Shown: in pieces, positions 11,347-20,650 of the stretch
Numbering within the stretch: the stretch's first letter is position 1
How the letters are laid out: each line of letters begins with the position of its first letter
Source of the DNA: Bdellovibrionia bacterium
GTDB lineage: Bacteria; Bdellovibrionota; Bdellovibrionia; Bdellovibrionales; JAGQZY01
Direction: 5' to 3'
Length of the DNA: 56,664 nucleotides
Assembly (NCBI GenBank): GCA_030424665.1
Contig: JAUHWN010000006.1
Location: 1-56,664 of the forward strand
The notes under the pieces: generated by a model
The model's database searches: none
Told to the model about the DNA's origin: nothing
Seen by the model: the letters and a program-made list of their open reading frames with translations, nothing else
Program-made: the position numbers and the translations under genes

Positions 11347-12626
11347 TAATTCAACCTTCTAAGAACAAAAGGATAAGCTACTTTAACGTCAACATTCCCT
11401 TTTGGACGTGGAAACTGCCAAGTCTTCAAACGACCTACCATACAGTTTTCAACAGTTCGGTTTCTTAGACTGGTTTGCGCGACTCGAGCTGTTGTTACTC
11501 GACCCCGGCCACCGATAACAAACTTCATTCCCACTCGACCACTAAGACCGGGTTTTCGTTGAAGTCCTTTTTCGTAACAGTAAACAATTTCACCCATGTG
11601 TTTTTCAATCACGGCAGCAATCTGGGATCTAGACAATCCACCTTCAACGACCGCTTCCGATGTAACCGGTCTCGAAAAAGCAGCTGAAACGCCAGATAGA
11701 TCTTTCTTTCCGTAGCCGTTTCTTCCTCCGCCCTTACCTCGGGTATTATAAGATCCACCACCACGGGCGCCTGAACCAGAACCGATTCCGCCACCAGAGC
11801 GAACAGCTACGAGACCTTTATTGTAAACAGCTCGCGATACTCCACCTCGCGCACCAGCGCCAAGTCCGGCAACACTACCTGACTTTAAGCGCCCAATATC
11901 CATACCTGATTTTCCCCGAGCATTTGAATTGGGGCCGCCCAAAACACCAAGGGCACCCATTTGACCAAGACTGCGTTTTCTCGTCTTACTGCGACGCTTA
12001 GCTTGGGGACGAACATTTCTCTTTGTATTTTTAGCAATTGTACTTCTTTGCTTGCGAGCTTTTTTCGCTACAAGAGCTCTCGATTTTTTAACTCGCTTTT
12101 TCTTTTTAACAGTCTTTGCATAACGACGCGCTTTTTTGATTTTCTTTTTAGCAGGAGCTACAACTCGACGACGTTTTTCTTTTTTAATTTGCTTGGGCTG
12201 CTTGAAGACTTCGACGATAACCTCTTCAGGTTCATCTTTAATCAACTCGGCAACTCCCGTAGAAAGAAGAATTAGAACAACCAAACCAATGTGTACAATA
12301 GCTGACCACTTAAACAGGTGGGAGAATTGATTGTTATTATCTTGTTGAAAGGAATAGACCGGAGATGAGTCTTCAACTTCAGTCACGACTTCTAGGGTCC
12401 CAAGACCTGTTAAGGCGTAGGGTCTGCGCACGACAGAGCTGAGAAGAACTTTGGGAACGAGAACAGAGTAATGATCTTCAAGTTTACCGGTAGCTGGTAG
12501 AAGTTCAATTCGCTTAGTTTCAAGATTTTTGGCTATTCGAAACGAACTGCCTTCTAAATTAAAATAGCGAACAACTTGTCCGTCCTTATTTTTTAAAACG
12601 AGTTTGGTTCCCTGAGCTAATCCCAT
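11346..12626 (-). CDS. GltG/AgmX-PglI-like protein with a TonB-C-like C-terminal domain
   Basis: Single TM segment, Lys/Arg- and Gly-rich linker, C-terminal IVYCYEKGLQRKPGLSGRV...CMVGRLKTWQFPRPKG...YPF. Confidence 0.85.
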   Translation of the reverse strand: MGLAQGTKLVLKNKDGQVVRYFNLEGSSFRIAKNLETKRIELLPATGKLEDHYSVLVPKVLLSSVVRRPYALTGLGTLEVVTEVEDSSPVYSFQQDNNNQFSHLFKWSAIVHIGLVVLILLSTGVAELIKDEPEEVIVEVFKQPKQIKKEKRRRVVAPAKKKIKKARRYAKTVKKKKRVKKSRALVAKKARKQRSTIAKNTKRNVRPQAKRRSKTRKRSLGQMGALGVLGGPNSNARGKSGMDIGRLKSGSVAGLGAGARGGVSRAVYNKGLVAVRSGGGIGSGSGARGGGSYNTRGKGGGRNGYGKKDLSGVSAAFSRPVTSEAVVEGGLSRSQIAAVIEKHMGEIVYCYEKGLQRKPGLSGRVGMKFVIGGRGRVTTARVAQTSLRNRTVENCMVGRLKTWQFPRPKGNVDVKVAYPFVLRRLN

Positions 12627-12635
12627 TACAACACC

Positions 12636-12899
12636 CTATTGTCTTCTTTGTTCCTGTCTAATTCGGTCTTTAAAGTCAGATCTCAACACCAAGATGTCTT
12701 TAAGGACTTTTTCGTCTTCGACAGTGACTACAGCTTCACCTGCCAACTGATACTTACCATTAACATCGATCGCACTGAAGCGAACATCGCGACTGAGTTT
12801 TTCTTTCACAGCCCCGTGACTTTTTTTGCGCGCCTCCGCTTGAGCTAAGGCAAAAAACAAGATGACGACTGTCAATGCAAGCTTCAAACTTCTTATCAT
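12636..12899 (-). CDS. Small secreted GltF-like protein
   Basis: Signal peptide, F-x4-V-x-G and C-terminal ILVLRSDF patterns; lies between the GltD-like and GltG-like genes. Confidence 0.6.
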   Translation of the reverse strand: MIRSLKLALTVVILFFALAQAEARKKSHGAVKEKLSRDVRFSAIDVNGKYQLAGEAVVTVEDEKVLKDILVLRSDFKDRIRQEQRRQ

Positions 12900-15874
12900 C
12901 TTCCACCTCTTTTCAACTCAGCTCTTCGTGAGTCGAGAAAAGCAACCATTAATTCTCCACCGGCTTTTTCTTCAAGCTCCCTGAGGTCCGCCATTCTAGA
13001 GCGACTGAAGGGATCATTCTTGAGACGATTTCTGGCAGCGAGAATTTCACGGCGACGAGGAACGTCCTCTTTTGAAGAAATAACTCGGTTTATCTTGAAT
13101 CTCTTCCACCGGCTCGCATACGAAGCTAACTCTTTGAGCTCTTGAGCGACGAGTCCGCGAACTGGTTGCTCTAGCTTTCGATAATTATCATAGAATCGCT
13201 CTTGAACTGCTGACTGCCCCCAAAACTCATCGAGTTTCTTTTTAGAGACATCCGCGACCTTCTTGTATTGAGCCGCTCTTTGGTTGAGAAGGGCTTTATA
13301 CTGTTGTCTTTGCGTCTGGCTGAGACCAGCTGGCGTCGGAAGTCTTAGCAATTCGGCATAAAGTCTTTCATTCTGCTGGGCAATTAATGAGAGGGTCATG
13401 ATCTGGAGACTCCAGTCATTCATACGACTCGCCTTCAGCAAGTATTGTTCTGCCTCGCCTAAAAGACTAATTCTTTTCTGTAATGAGTTTTGCAAAAGGC
13501 GGTCACTCTGAGAGCGAATTCTATGCTTTACAAGACGCGATCTAAAGCTTCTAAAATCTCTTAAAAATAGCTGCTTATTTAATACTTTACCTGCAGGAGT
13601 CTTGGCTACATTCCAAGACTTCAAAACCTTCTCCGCACGGCCATAATTTTTATACTTAGAAAACGTCCAAAGCGCGATCTCGCCAAGTAAGTCCGGAGTC
13701 GACCTTAGTTTACTCATTTCTTTGTCAATACCCGCCCACGGATAACGAGATTGCTTAATAAGTTTAATGCGAATTTCGTTGGCTCTTCTACGGCTACTAG
13801 TCGCATCTATAAACTCTTCGTAGTGTCGACGAGATGGTTTACCCGAGAGTTCAGCGTACATCGCCATCTTGAGAGCTTTTTGATCTTTTTTAAGTCTTCT
13901 CAAATCCATTTTTCTAAGAAGATTGTAGGCAGTACCGAAATCAAGCTTCATTTCTGCAACAAATAGTTGTCTACCGAGAGCAAACTGAACGTCGGATGCG
14001 GAAACATCCTTCAGATTGATAATCGCTTGGGCCGAACGCCAAATTTCATTGAGATCCTCAAGTCGCTCGGCCAAAATAATTCTATTTTTATATATGGCAA
14101 CCTGTTCTTCATGACTCGACTTAACGAGTGGAATCGCCTTTAGCTTGCTCAACTGTTTGCGATACTCCGAATCATCTTTCTTAGAAATAGTTTTCTTACT
14201 TTGGTTGAGAACCGAGGTACGGGCAATTTTTGCGTATTCTGCTCGACGAGATGGAAGAGCTGCCGAAAATTGAATCGACCATTTCTCAATGTTTTCGTGA
14301 TCTTTCATTAAAACAAGAGAATCGAGAGCCAAATCCGCTGACTTTTCGCGAGTCGATTTAGTCACTCTCTTATCGAGAGCCAAAAATCTGAAGAGCTCAG
14401 CCGACATTTTATAAGACTTCTGTTCATAGAAGACCATGGCTTTTTGATACTTTACATCGTTAACTGTCGACCCTCTAGGGTTGTAAGTCAGATAATGATC
14501 GTATGCTTTGAGACGAAGCTTGGGATTCTTAGTTCCTTCAGCCATTTCGATCTCACCAAGAAGAGCGCCTTCAAAAATAGTACGAAGTACTTTTGAGTTT
14601 TTACTATCGCCCTCTTTAAGCTGTTTATAAGCTTCAACAGAACTTTGTCGATAAAGAGAATAACCAGCATCAAATTGATTGAGGTCTCTGGCTACTAATG
14701 CTCCCCAGTAAACCATTTCGACATCGCGAGGAAAAGTTGAAATATAGGCTTGGTATGCTCTCAAAAGGTTAAGACTTACTTTTTTCTTCTCTATTTGATT
14801 CCAGTCGGTCACCATTTTGCGGTAACGCTTTCTGATCAGTTCGCACTCCGCGGCCTCTTTACAGCCGTGGGACTTCCACTGAGCTAATCCTTTTCCCATT
14901 TCTTTGACCGCGCTCGACTTTCTATTCGTATCCAAAAGAAGTCTTGCAAGGCGGGCATGGCCATCAAGGCGCGTTTGATGGGGTATTTTATTACTTAATA
15001 GAACACTCCAAACACTAATCGCGGCGTATTTCTTGCCCAGTCGATCGACCTCGACGGCTAGATAGTTGAGGTTCTCTAATTGGTTTCCTCGAGGACTGTA
15101 CTCGGAGAGAATTTGGATTTCCGAGTGTCCGACTTTTCCCTTAGCTAAAAAAGTTGCTAGATCTCTCGCCACATCCTCATGAAAAGAGGCATCGATCGCT
15201 CCTGAACCATCAAGATCTAAATAGGATGGATTTCTAAGAATAGAGATCAATCTTTGTTTAGCAGGTCTGAGTCGACCAAGGTTGAATAAACACCACGCGC
15301 TTCTATAGTGAGAGTATCCCTTCCTAGGAAGAACTGGGTATTTTAAACTTTGTGTATAGTGATTGAGAGCTTGAGAAAAACTTCTTTGCTGAAACTTTAG
15401 ATCTCCAAGCGCTACATGAGTTCGAGCAACGAGAAGTTTTCCGTGACGACGCACGCCTTGCTTAACAAGACGCTTGTAGAGCGCTTCACCTGATCGCAAT
15501 CGACCGACTGCAATATTGAGATGAGCCATCTGAAGAAGGATTTTTCCTTCTAAGTTTTTATTTGAACCCTGGTAGGCTTTTTCATAGTAAGATAAAGCCT
15601 TCAATCGATCTGCTTTAACACCGCCACAATTTTTACAGCCTTTTTCATGCTGTCTTATTATCTTTAATCGAGCTCGCTCGGCATAGAGATCCCCAAGCCT
15701 TAGAGTAATCGCCGAGACTTTGATGTCACTGGCCGATTTCTCACTGAGCACTCCTTCTAACTTTCGAATAACGATTGTCGTTGTATCGATATCCATTTTC
15801 TCTGCAAGCGCATTTTGCGAGGCAAAGATTTGGAGCGTTATTAGAATGACGAGGCTTAGTATCCACTTTTTCAT
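12896..15874 (-). CDS. Large TPR protein, GltD/AgmU-like
   Basis: Signal peptide, LRLGDLYAER and YRSAWCLFNLG TPR motifs, 992 aa; follows the exbD-like genes. Confidence 0.7.
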   Translation of the reverse strand: MKKWILSLVILITLQIFASQNALAEKMDIDTTTIVIRKLEGVLSEKSASDIKVSAITLRLGDLYAERARLKIIRQHEKGCKNCGGVKADRLKALSYYEKAYQGSNKNLEGKILLQMAHLNIAVGRLRSGEALYKRLVKQGVRRHGKLLVARTHVALGDLKFQQRSFSQALNHYTQSLKYPVLPRKGYSHYRSAWCLFNLGRLRPAKQRLISILRNPSYLDLDGSGAIDASFHEDVARDLATFLAKGKVGHSEIQILSEYSPRGNQLENLNYLAVEVDRLGKKYAAISVWSVLLSNKIPHQTRLDGHARLARLLLDTNRKSSAVKEMGKGLAQWKSHGCKEAAECELIRKRYRKMVTDWNQIEKKKVSLNLLRAYQAYISTFPRDVEMVYWGALVARDLNQFDAGYSLYRQSSVEAYKQLKEGDSKNSKVLRTIFEGALLGEIEMAEGTKNPKLRLKAYDHYLTYNPRGSTVNDVKYQKAMVFYEQKSYKMSAELFRFLALDKRVTKSTREKSADLALDSLVLMKDHENIEKWSIQFSAALPSRRAEYAKIARTSVLNQSKKTISKKDDSEYRKQLSKLKAIPLVKSSHEEQVAIYKNRIILAERLEDLNEIWRSAQAIINLKDVSASDVQFALGRQLFVAEMKLDFGTAYNLLRKMDLRRLKKDQKALKMAMYAELSGKPSRRHYEEFIDATSSRRRANEIRIKLIKQSRYPWAGIDKEMSKLRSTPDLLGEIALWTFSKYKNYGRAEKVLKSWNVAKTPAGKVLNKQLFLRDFRSFRSRLVKHRIRSQSDRLLQNSLQKRISLLGEAEQYLLKASRMNDWSLQIMTLSLIAQQNERLYAELLRLPTPAGLSQTQRQQYKALLNQRAAQYKKVADVSKKKLDEFWGQSAVQERFYDNYRKLEQPVRGLVAQELKELASYASRWKRFKINRVISSKEDVPRRREILAARNRLKNDPFSRSRMADLRELEEKAGGELMVAFLDSRRAELKRGGR

Positions 15875-16365
15875 AGTCCTTCACCACTTTGAATGACTGC
15901 AAATTTAAATTTATTAAAACCAGCTTGAGTCGCCGCCAAAATAATGGGATTGATCGCGGGATAAGTCATTTTGCGATCCGCTTGAATAACGAGAGGTTTC
16001 GTCTTTTCACTCTCGTCAAGTCCCTCAGCGATAGTCTCAAATTCTTTTTGAAGTTGGCGGCGATCGATCTCTTTGTCGGCGACAAAGACCTTCGACTTTT
16101 CAATTCGAACAGTTGTTGCTGGCTTCAGAGAAATACTCTGACTTGCCTTTGGCAACTCCATATAGTGAATATTGAGAGTCTCAGGATTGTTACTCGTATT
16201 CAACAAAAGGTAAATCACGAGAATCGAGAACGCATCAACCAATGATGTTAGCGTCAAAGTCATCGCCAAATTCTTTTTGAAAGAACGGGACTTCGACTTA
16301 ATCATGGACTGACTACTCGTCAGCTTCTCCATCAACCCAGAATCTATATATCTACTTTTAAACAC
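15871..16365 (-). CDS. ExbD/TolR-family motor subunit (AglS-like)
   Basis: TM segment LTSLVDAFSILVIYLL with the conserved Asp, plus LPKA and VIQAD motifs. Confidence 0.88.
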   Translation of the reverse strand: MFKSRYIDSGLMEKLTSSQSMIKSKSRSFKKNLAMTLTLTSLVDAFSILVIYLLLNTSNNPETLNIHYMELPKASQSISLKPATTVRIEKSKVFVADKEIDRRQLQKEFETIAEGLDESEKTKPLVIQADRKMTYPAINPIILAATQAGFNKFKFAVIQSGEGL

Positions 16366-16387
16366 CCTAGACTCCCTTTTTTAGCCT

Positions 16388-16846
16388 CTAAAGCGGGGCT
16401 ATCCCTATATTCTTTAGACCCGTTCCTTTGAGTCCATCCATCATTTTGATCATCTGTTCATAGGAAGTTAACTTCCCTGGCAAAATCAAAGCTGTTTCTA
16501 TCTGTGGGTAACTTTCTTTAATCTGTGCCACATAACTCGAAATTCGCTCCCACTGGGGCTCATTACGATCAGCTAAGAAGTTTACTTCCCGCAAACGAGA
16601 AGGCACACCATCGATGTCTTTAAGCATGATTCGAACCTCACCACGAGATTCAAATTTGGCCCATATCGTTGGTGGGTTTTCTTTTCCATTTTGCGTTTCA
16701 TTACCTAGAGCTTGATCAACATCCATCGTTCCGATGTTAATCCAAACTGCTGTTAGGAGCAGAAAAGAGATAAGTACTGCTAAAAGCGAAATTACTGGTA
16801 GCAAATTGACTTCAAAATTCAGTTCTTTTTCTTGATCATTATTCAT
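16388..16846 (-). CDS. ExbD/TolR-family motor subunit (AglQ-like) lacking the TM Asp
   Basis: TM segment VNLLPVISLLAVLISFLL and C-terminal YEQMIKMMD. Confidence 0.8.
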   Translation of the reverse strand: MNNDQEKELNFEVNLLPVISLLAVLISFLLLTAVWINIGTMDVDQALGNETQNGKENPPTIWAKFESRGEVRIMLKDIDGVPSRLREVNFLADRNEPQWERISSYVAQIKESYPQIETALILPGKLTSYEQMIKMMDGLKGTGLKNIGIAPL

Positions 16847-16877
16847 GATTCCTCCCTACTCCTATAACAATCAGCTA

Positions 16878-17561
16878 CTAGGCTTTTTTCTTGCTCATAG
16901 GAACAACATTGTCATAACGGAAGCTCAACCAATTATAGAGGCGAAGCGCACCCTGACCGAGATCTTCTAAAAGAGTATTCGTACGATTTTGAAGAACCGA
17001 GTACATAAACAAAGTTGGGATGGCCATGATAAGACCATAAGCGGTTGTGTACATAGCCATTGAAATACCACTAGTTAGAGCGGCAGCTTTCTCAATAGGA
17101 TCAAGGCCAGCAACAGAACCGAAAGCCTGAATAAGACCAACAATTGTTCCGAGAAGACCTAGAAGTGTACCAACGTTACCTAGCATCGCGAGAAAACCAG
17201 TTCGCTTCTCTAGAGCTACTTTTTCGTCGAGAAGTACTTCGTCGATTCGAACTTGAATTTCTTCTTTGCCGCCAAGGTCTTTAGCTGCCTGCGATCCGGC
17301 TAAAGCGATTTGTGAAATTGGATTTGATTGACCAATTGAGTGAGCTCGAGATTGAACGGCATCCAATCGACCATTTTTAATATCCGCTTCAAAAGCATGA
17401 GCTAAACGTTTTTGCCCTACTTTTTTAACACCATATAGATAAACAACTCTTTCGATAATAATTGCAGTGGCCATGATCTGAACACATAAAATTGCCCACA
17501 TCCAAATTCCCCCATGGGAGAAAGCCTCTGAAAAACTTGAAAAGAAACCCACAGATTCCAT
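16878..17561 (-). CDS. MotA/TolQ/ExbB proton-channel protein (AglR-like)
   Basis: GTLLGLLGTIVGLIQAF and GISMAMYTTAYGL. Start moved to MESVGF (17561), which has a GGAG RBS and lies downstream of the sigma54 box. Confidence 0.92.
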   Translation of the reverse strand: MESVGFFSSFSEAFSHGGIWMWAILCVQIMATAIIIERVVYLYGVKKVGQKRLAHAFEADIKNGRLDAVQSRAHSIGQSNPISQIALAGSQAAKDLGGKEEIQVRIDEVLLDEKVALEKRTGFLAMLGNVGTLLGLLGTIVGLIQAFGSVAGLDPIEKAAALTSGISMAMYTTAYGLIMAIPTLFMYSVLQNRTNTLLEDLGQGALRLYNWLSFRYDNVVPMSKKKA

Positions 17562-17635
17562 AACACGCTCCAATGATTTTTTAATAACCCTAATAAAACT
17601 AATCAGTCTTAAGTGACCGAACAGCTGGACTGTAT

Positions 17636-17651
17636 CGCAAGCTATGTGCCA
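17636..17651 (-). promoter_or_regulatory. sigma54 promoter for the gliding operon
   Basis: TGGCAC-ATAGC-TTGCG, near-perfect -24/-12 consensus. Confidence 0.8.
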
Positions 17652-17858
17652 GGGCTCTCGAGCCACTCACTTGTAAACAAGCAAAGGTCCAATAAAATTT
17701 TTTCACTAAGAGAGCCCCTCAGGGTTCATATATTGGGGTGTGACAAACTTGCGCATAGCGTTTTGTAGGAAGTGCAATTTGACTGTTTAGTTATTACCTA
17801 AGGCTCAAATTGATTGGGTTCGTTCTCGACGCTTAATAAGATAGAAAAACTACTAAAC

Positions 17859-19481
17859 TCACTGGTCGAGGGACTCGAGTTCTTGAATTGAAGGAGGCCC
17901 AAATCGTTCGGGCAATGCAAGACGGTAATCTTTTCTAAGCTCTACTGGCCACTTATACATGTTAGTTAAGTCCAAGAAAAAATTAGGTTTTAAGGGAGGA
18001 TAGATTTCTGAAAAATTCATAATCGTTCCTCGGTTCATCCGGCGCTTAATATCGCCCCGTTGCAGCTGACCAGGAGAGCTATACCCCATGGAGCCTAAAA
18101 GCTCAGCAAAAGCGGTAACAATTTCTTTTTGATATTTGGCAACTCGCTTGCTCTTGTCTTCGACATTTAATCCGCGAACCAAACTCTCTTTAGTCGTTGC
18201 CACCCCAACAGGACAAGCATTGGTATTACAGCGCAAGGCCTGAATGCAGCCGAGGGCCAACATCATTCCTCTGGCGGAAACACAAATGTCAGCACCTAGG
18301 GCCAACTTAGTTACGATATCGAACCCATTAAAAATCTTGCCCGAAGCAATAATTTTGATGTCATCTCTAATTCCAAAGCCGACGAGGGTATCATGGACAA
18401 ACGCAATAGCATCATTCAGAGGCATTCCAACAAAGTTTGTAAACTCTAAGGGTGCCGCACCTGTTCCACCTTCAGCTCCGTCGACAGTGATAAAGTCAGG
18501 ACGAATTGCCGTCCTCACCATAGCTTTGCAAAGGGCAAAGAAATCGCTTCTTGCGCCAATGCATAGTTTAATGCCCACGGGCTTTCCCCCAGATAGCTTT
18601 CTTAGAAGTCGAACAAACTTTAAAAGTTCAATGGGCGTGTCAAAAGCAGTGTGAGCTGAAGGTGAGAGTACGTCTTTCCCTTTGGGAACTTCTCGAATCC
18701 TAGCAATTTCATCGGTCACTTTTGCCGCGGGTAAAATACCGCCATGCCCGGGCTTTGCCCCTTGACTGAGTTTAACTTCAATCATTTTTACGGCTTCTTT
18801 TTTGGCCTTAGTTTCAAAAAGGTCGGGGTTAAACCGCCCTTCTTCGTCGCGACAGCCAAAGTAGCCCGTACCTATTTGCCAAACGAGATCACCACCCTGT
18901 TCGTGGTAGGGTGATATTCCTCCCTCTCCAGTATTATGAAAAAAACCACCTTCTTTTGCCCCTTTGTTCAGGGCCATAACAGCATTTTTCGACAGAGATC
19001 CGTACGACATAGCTGAGATATTAAAGACTGAGGAGGAATAGGTTTGCAAGGTGTCCTTGCCACCGATCGTAACCCTCAATATTCGCGGATCGATATGTTG
19101 GGGTTTGAGCGAGTGATAGACCCACTCCTTTCCATTTTCACTGAGATCGTGAAGAGTTCCAAAGGGTACCGTTTGTAAGTCCCCTTTTGCCCTTTGATAT
19201 ATGCTTGATCTCGTTTCTCTAGAAATTGGTTTTCCATCTGTATCTGACTCAACAAAATACTGCTGGATTTCTGGCCGTACCATTTCAAAAAGAAATCTAA
19301 AGTGTCCAATTACAGGAAAGTTTCTTGTGACCGCATGATTTGTTTGACTCAAATCGTGAACGCCCAGTGAAAATAAAAAAAGCACAACAATACCAACGGG
19401 CCAGCTCACGAGATCGAGAAAGATGGCCCCTGCAGTAAGCAAAATGATGATAGTCGAGATGATGAAAAACTCTTTGCGCAT
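17859..19481 (-). CDS. Stand-alone FMN-binding glutamate synthase family protein
   Basis: ISAMSYGSLS, NTGEGG, EVKLSQGAKPGHGG, DGAEGGTGAAP and CIQALRCNTNACPVGV (Fe-S cysteines); N-terminal TM segments. Confidence 0.93.
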   Translation of the reverse strand: MRKEFFIISTIIILLTAGAIFLDLVSWPVGIVVLFLFSLGVHDLSQTNHAVTRNFPVIGHFRFLFEMVRPEIQQYFVESDTDGKPISRETRSSIYQRAKGDLQTVPFGTLHDLSENGKEWVYHSLKPQHIDPRILRVTIGGKDTLQTYSSSVFNISAMSYGSLSKNAVMALNKGAKEGGFFHNTGEGGISPYHEQGGDLVWQIGTGYFGCRDEEGRFNPDLFETKAKKEAVKMIEVKLSQGAKPGHGGILPAAKVTDEIARIREVPKGKDVLSPSAHTAFDTPIELLKFVRLLRKLSGGKPVGIKLCIGARSDFFALCKAMVRTAIRPDFITVDGAEGGTGAAPLEFTNFVGMPLNDAIAFVHDTLVGFGIRDDIKIIASGKIFNGFDIVTKLALGADICVSARGMMLALGCIQALRCNTNACPVGVATTKESLVRGLNVEDKSKRVAKYQKEIVTAFAELLGSMGYSSPGQLQRGDIKRRMNRGTIMNFSEIYPPLKPNFFLDLTNMYKWPVELRKDYRLALPERFGPPSIQELESLDQ

Positions 19482-19553
19482 AGATAATTTATCGGAATTA
19501 TTGAAAAAGAGTTCATCAAAAATGACCTCGCAGACACCAAATTTTACTTTAGT

Positions 19554-20636
19554 CTATTCGATTTCGAACTTGAGTTGGGACCGCCTGATTTCATAGTCCT
19601 CGATACTCATTAAACGTACGCCAATACCTATCAGGCGAAATGACCTCTCACCCCGGGCGTAGGCGTGCTCAAGTAGGTCTTGATACGACTTTAGGCTCGG
19701 TAGCTCAGCGTTTTTTTCTTCGTGGGTGGTCGTTTGAAAGTCATGAAACTTGAGTTTTACAAACTGGCCTGAAATTCGATTTTTAACTCCTGACTTTTCG
19801 AGGCGCTTCAGAAATTCCTCATATATTTTAGGGAGCTCTTCTTTGACATCACTCAAGGTTCCCTTGTCCTCGAAAAAGGTGCGCTCCACCGATAAAGATT
19901 TTCTTTCGGAACTCGTTTCAACAGGACGGTTATCGACTCCTCTAGCATAATTATAAAGAGCGGCTCCCCACTTTCCAAATCTTCGCACGAGTTCTTCTTT
20001 CTCAAGTCCCTGTAAATCACCACATGTTTTTATACCCAAATCTTTGAGTCGGCCCTCCATGACTTTTCCGACACCAGAGATCTTTTTTACAGGTAGAGAG
20101 ACAACAAAATCACTCACTTGGTCGGGAGTAATCACCATGAGACCATTGGGTTTCCTCCAGTCACTAGCCACTTTCGCTAAGAACTTATTGGGCGCGACCC
20201 CCGCAGAAGCGGTCAGCTGGGTCTCTTCATAGATTCTTTGTTTTATTTCTTTTGCGATGAGGGTCGCACTTCCCGAGTGAAGACTGAGTCCCGTAACATC
20301 GAGATAGGCTTCGTCCAAAGAAAGGGGCTGAATGACTTCAGTATACTCTCTAAAAATACTTCGAATTTTCTGGCTTTCTTCTTTGTATCTCTCAAAATGA
20401 GGTTTAACGATGATTAAGTCTTTACAAAGCTCAAGGGCCCTGTGAGTCGGCATCGCTGAGCGCACTCCAAATTTTCTTGCTTCGTAAGATGCTGTCGTTA
20501 ATACTCCCCGCCCGGAAGTTCCGCCTACGGCAATAGGTAATCCCTTCAAGCTCGGATCGTCTTTTACCTCAACTGCCGCATAAAAGCAGTCCATGTCTAT
20601 GTGAATGATTTTTCTAGGCAGATTTTGTGAACTCAT
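19554..20636 (-). CDS. dinB: DNA polymerase IV
   Basis: IIHIDMDCFYAAVE, SYEARKFGVRSAM, SLDEAYLDV and NKFLAKVASDWRKPNG. Confidence 0.96.
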   Translation of the reverse strand: MSSQNLPRKIIHIDMDCFYAAVEVKDDPSLKGLPIAVGGTSGRGVLTTASYEARKFGVRSAMPTHRALELCKDLIIVKPHFERYKEESQKIRSIFREYTEVIQPLSLDEAYLDVTGLSLHSGSATLIAKEIKQRIYEETQLTASAGVAPNKFLAKVASDWRKPNGLMVITPDQVSDFVVSLPVKKISGVGKVMEGRLKDLGIKTCGDLQGLEKEELVRRFGKWGAALYNYARGVDNRPVETSSERKSLSVERTFFEDKGTLSDVKEELPKIYEEFLKRLEKSGVKNRISGQFVKLKFHDFQTTTHEEKNAELPSLKSYQDLLEHAYARGERSFRLIGIGVRLMSIEDYEIRRSQLKFEIE

Positions 20637-20650
20637 GTAAGTTGACCCCG

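Noticed and set aside
17562-17666. 35-codon N-terminal extension of the MotA/TolQ ORF
   Set aside because: It overlaps the sigma54 box; the downstream ATG has an RBS and gives a normal-length protein.
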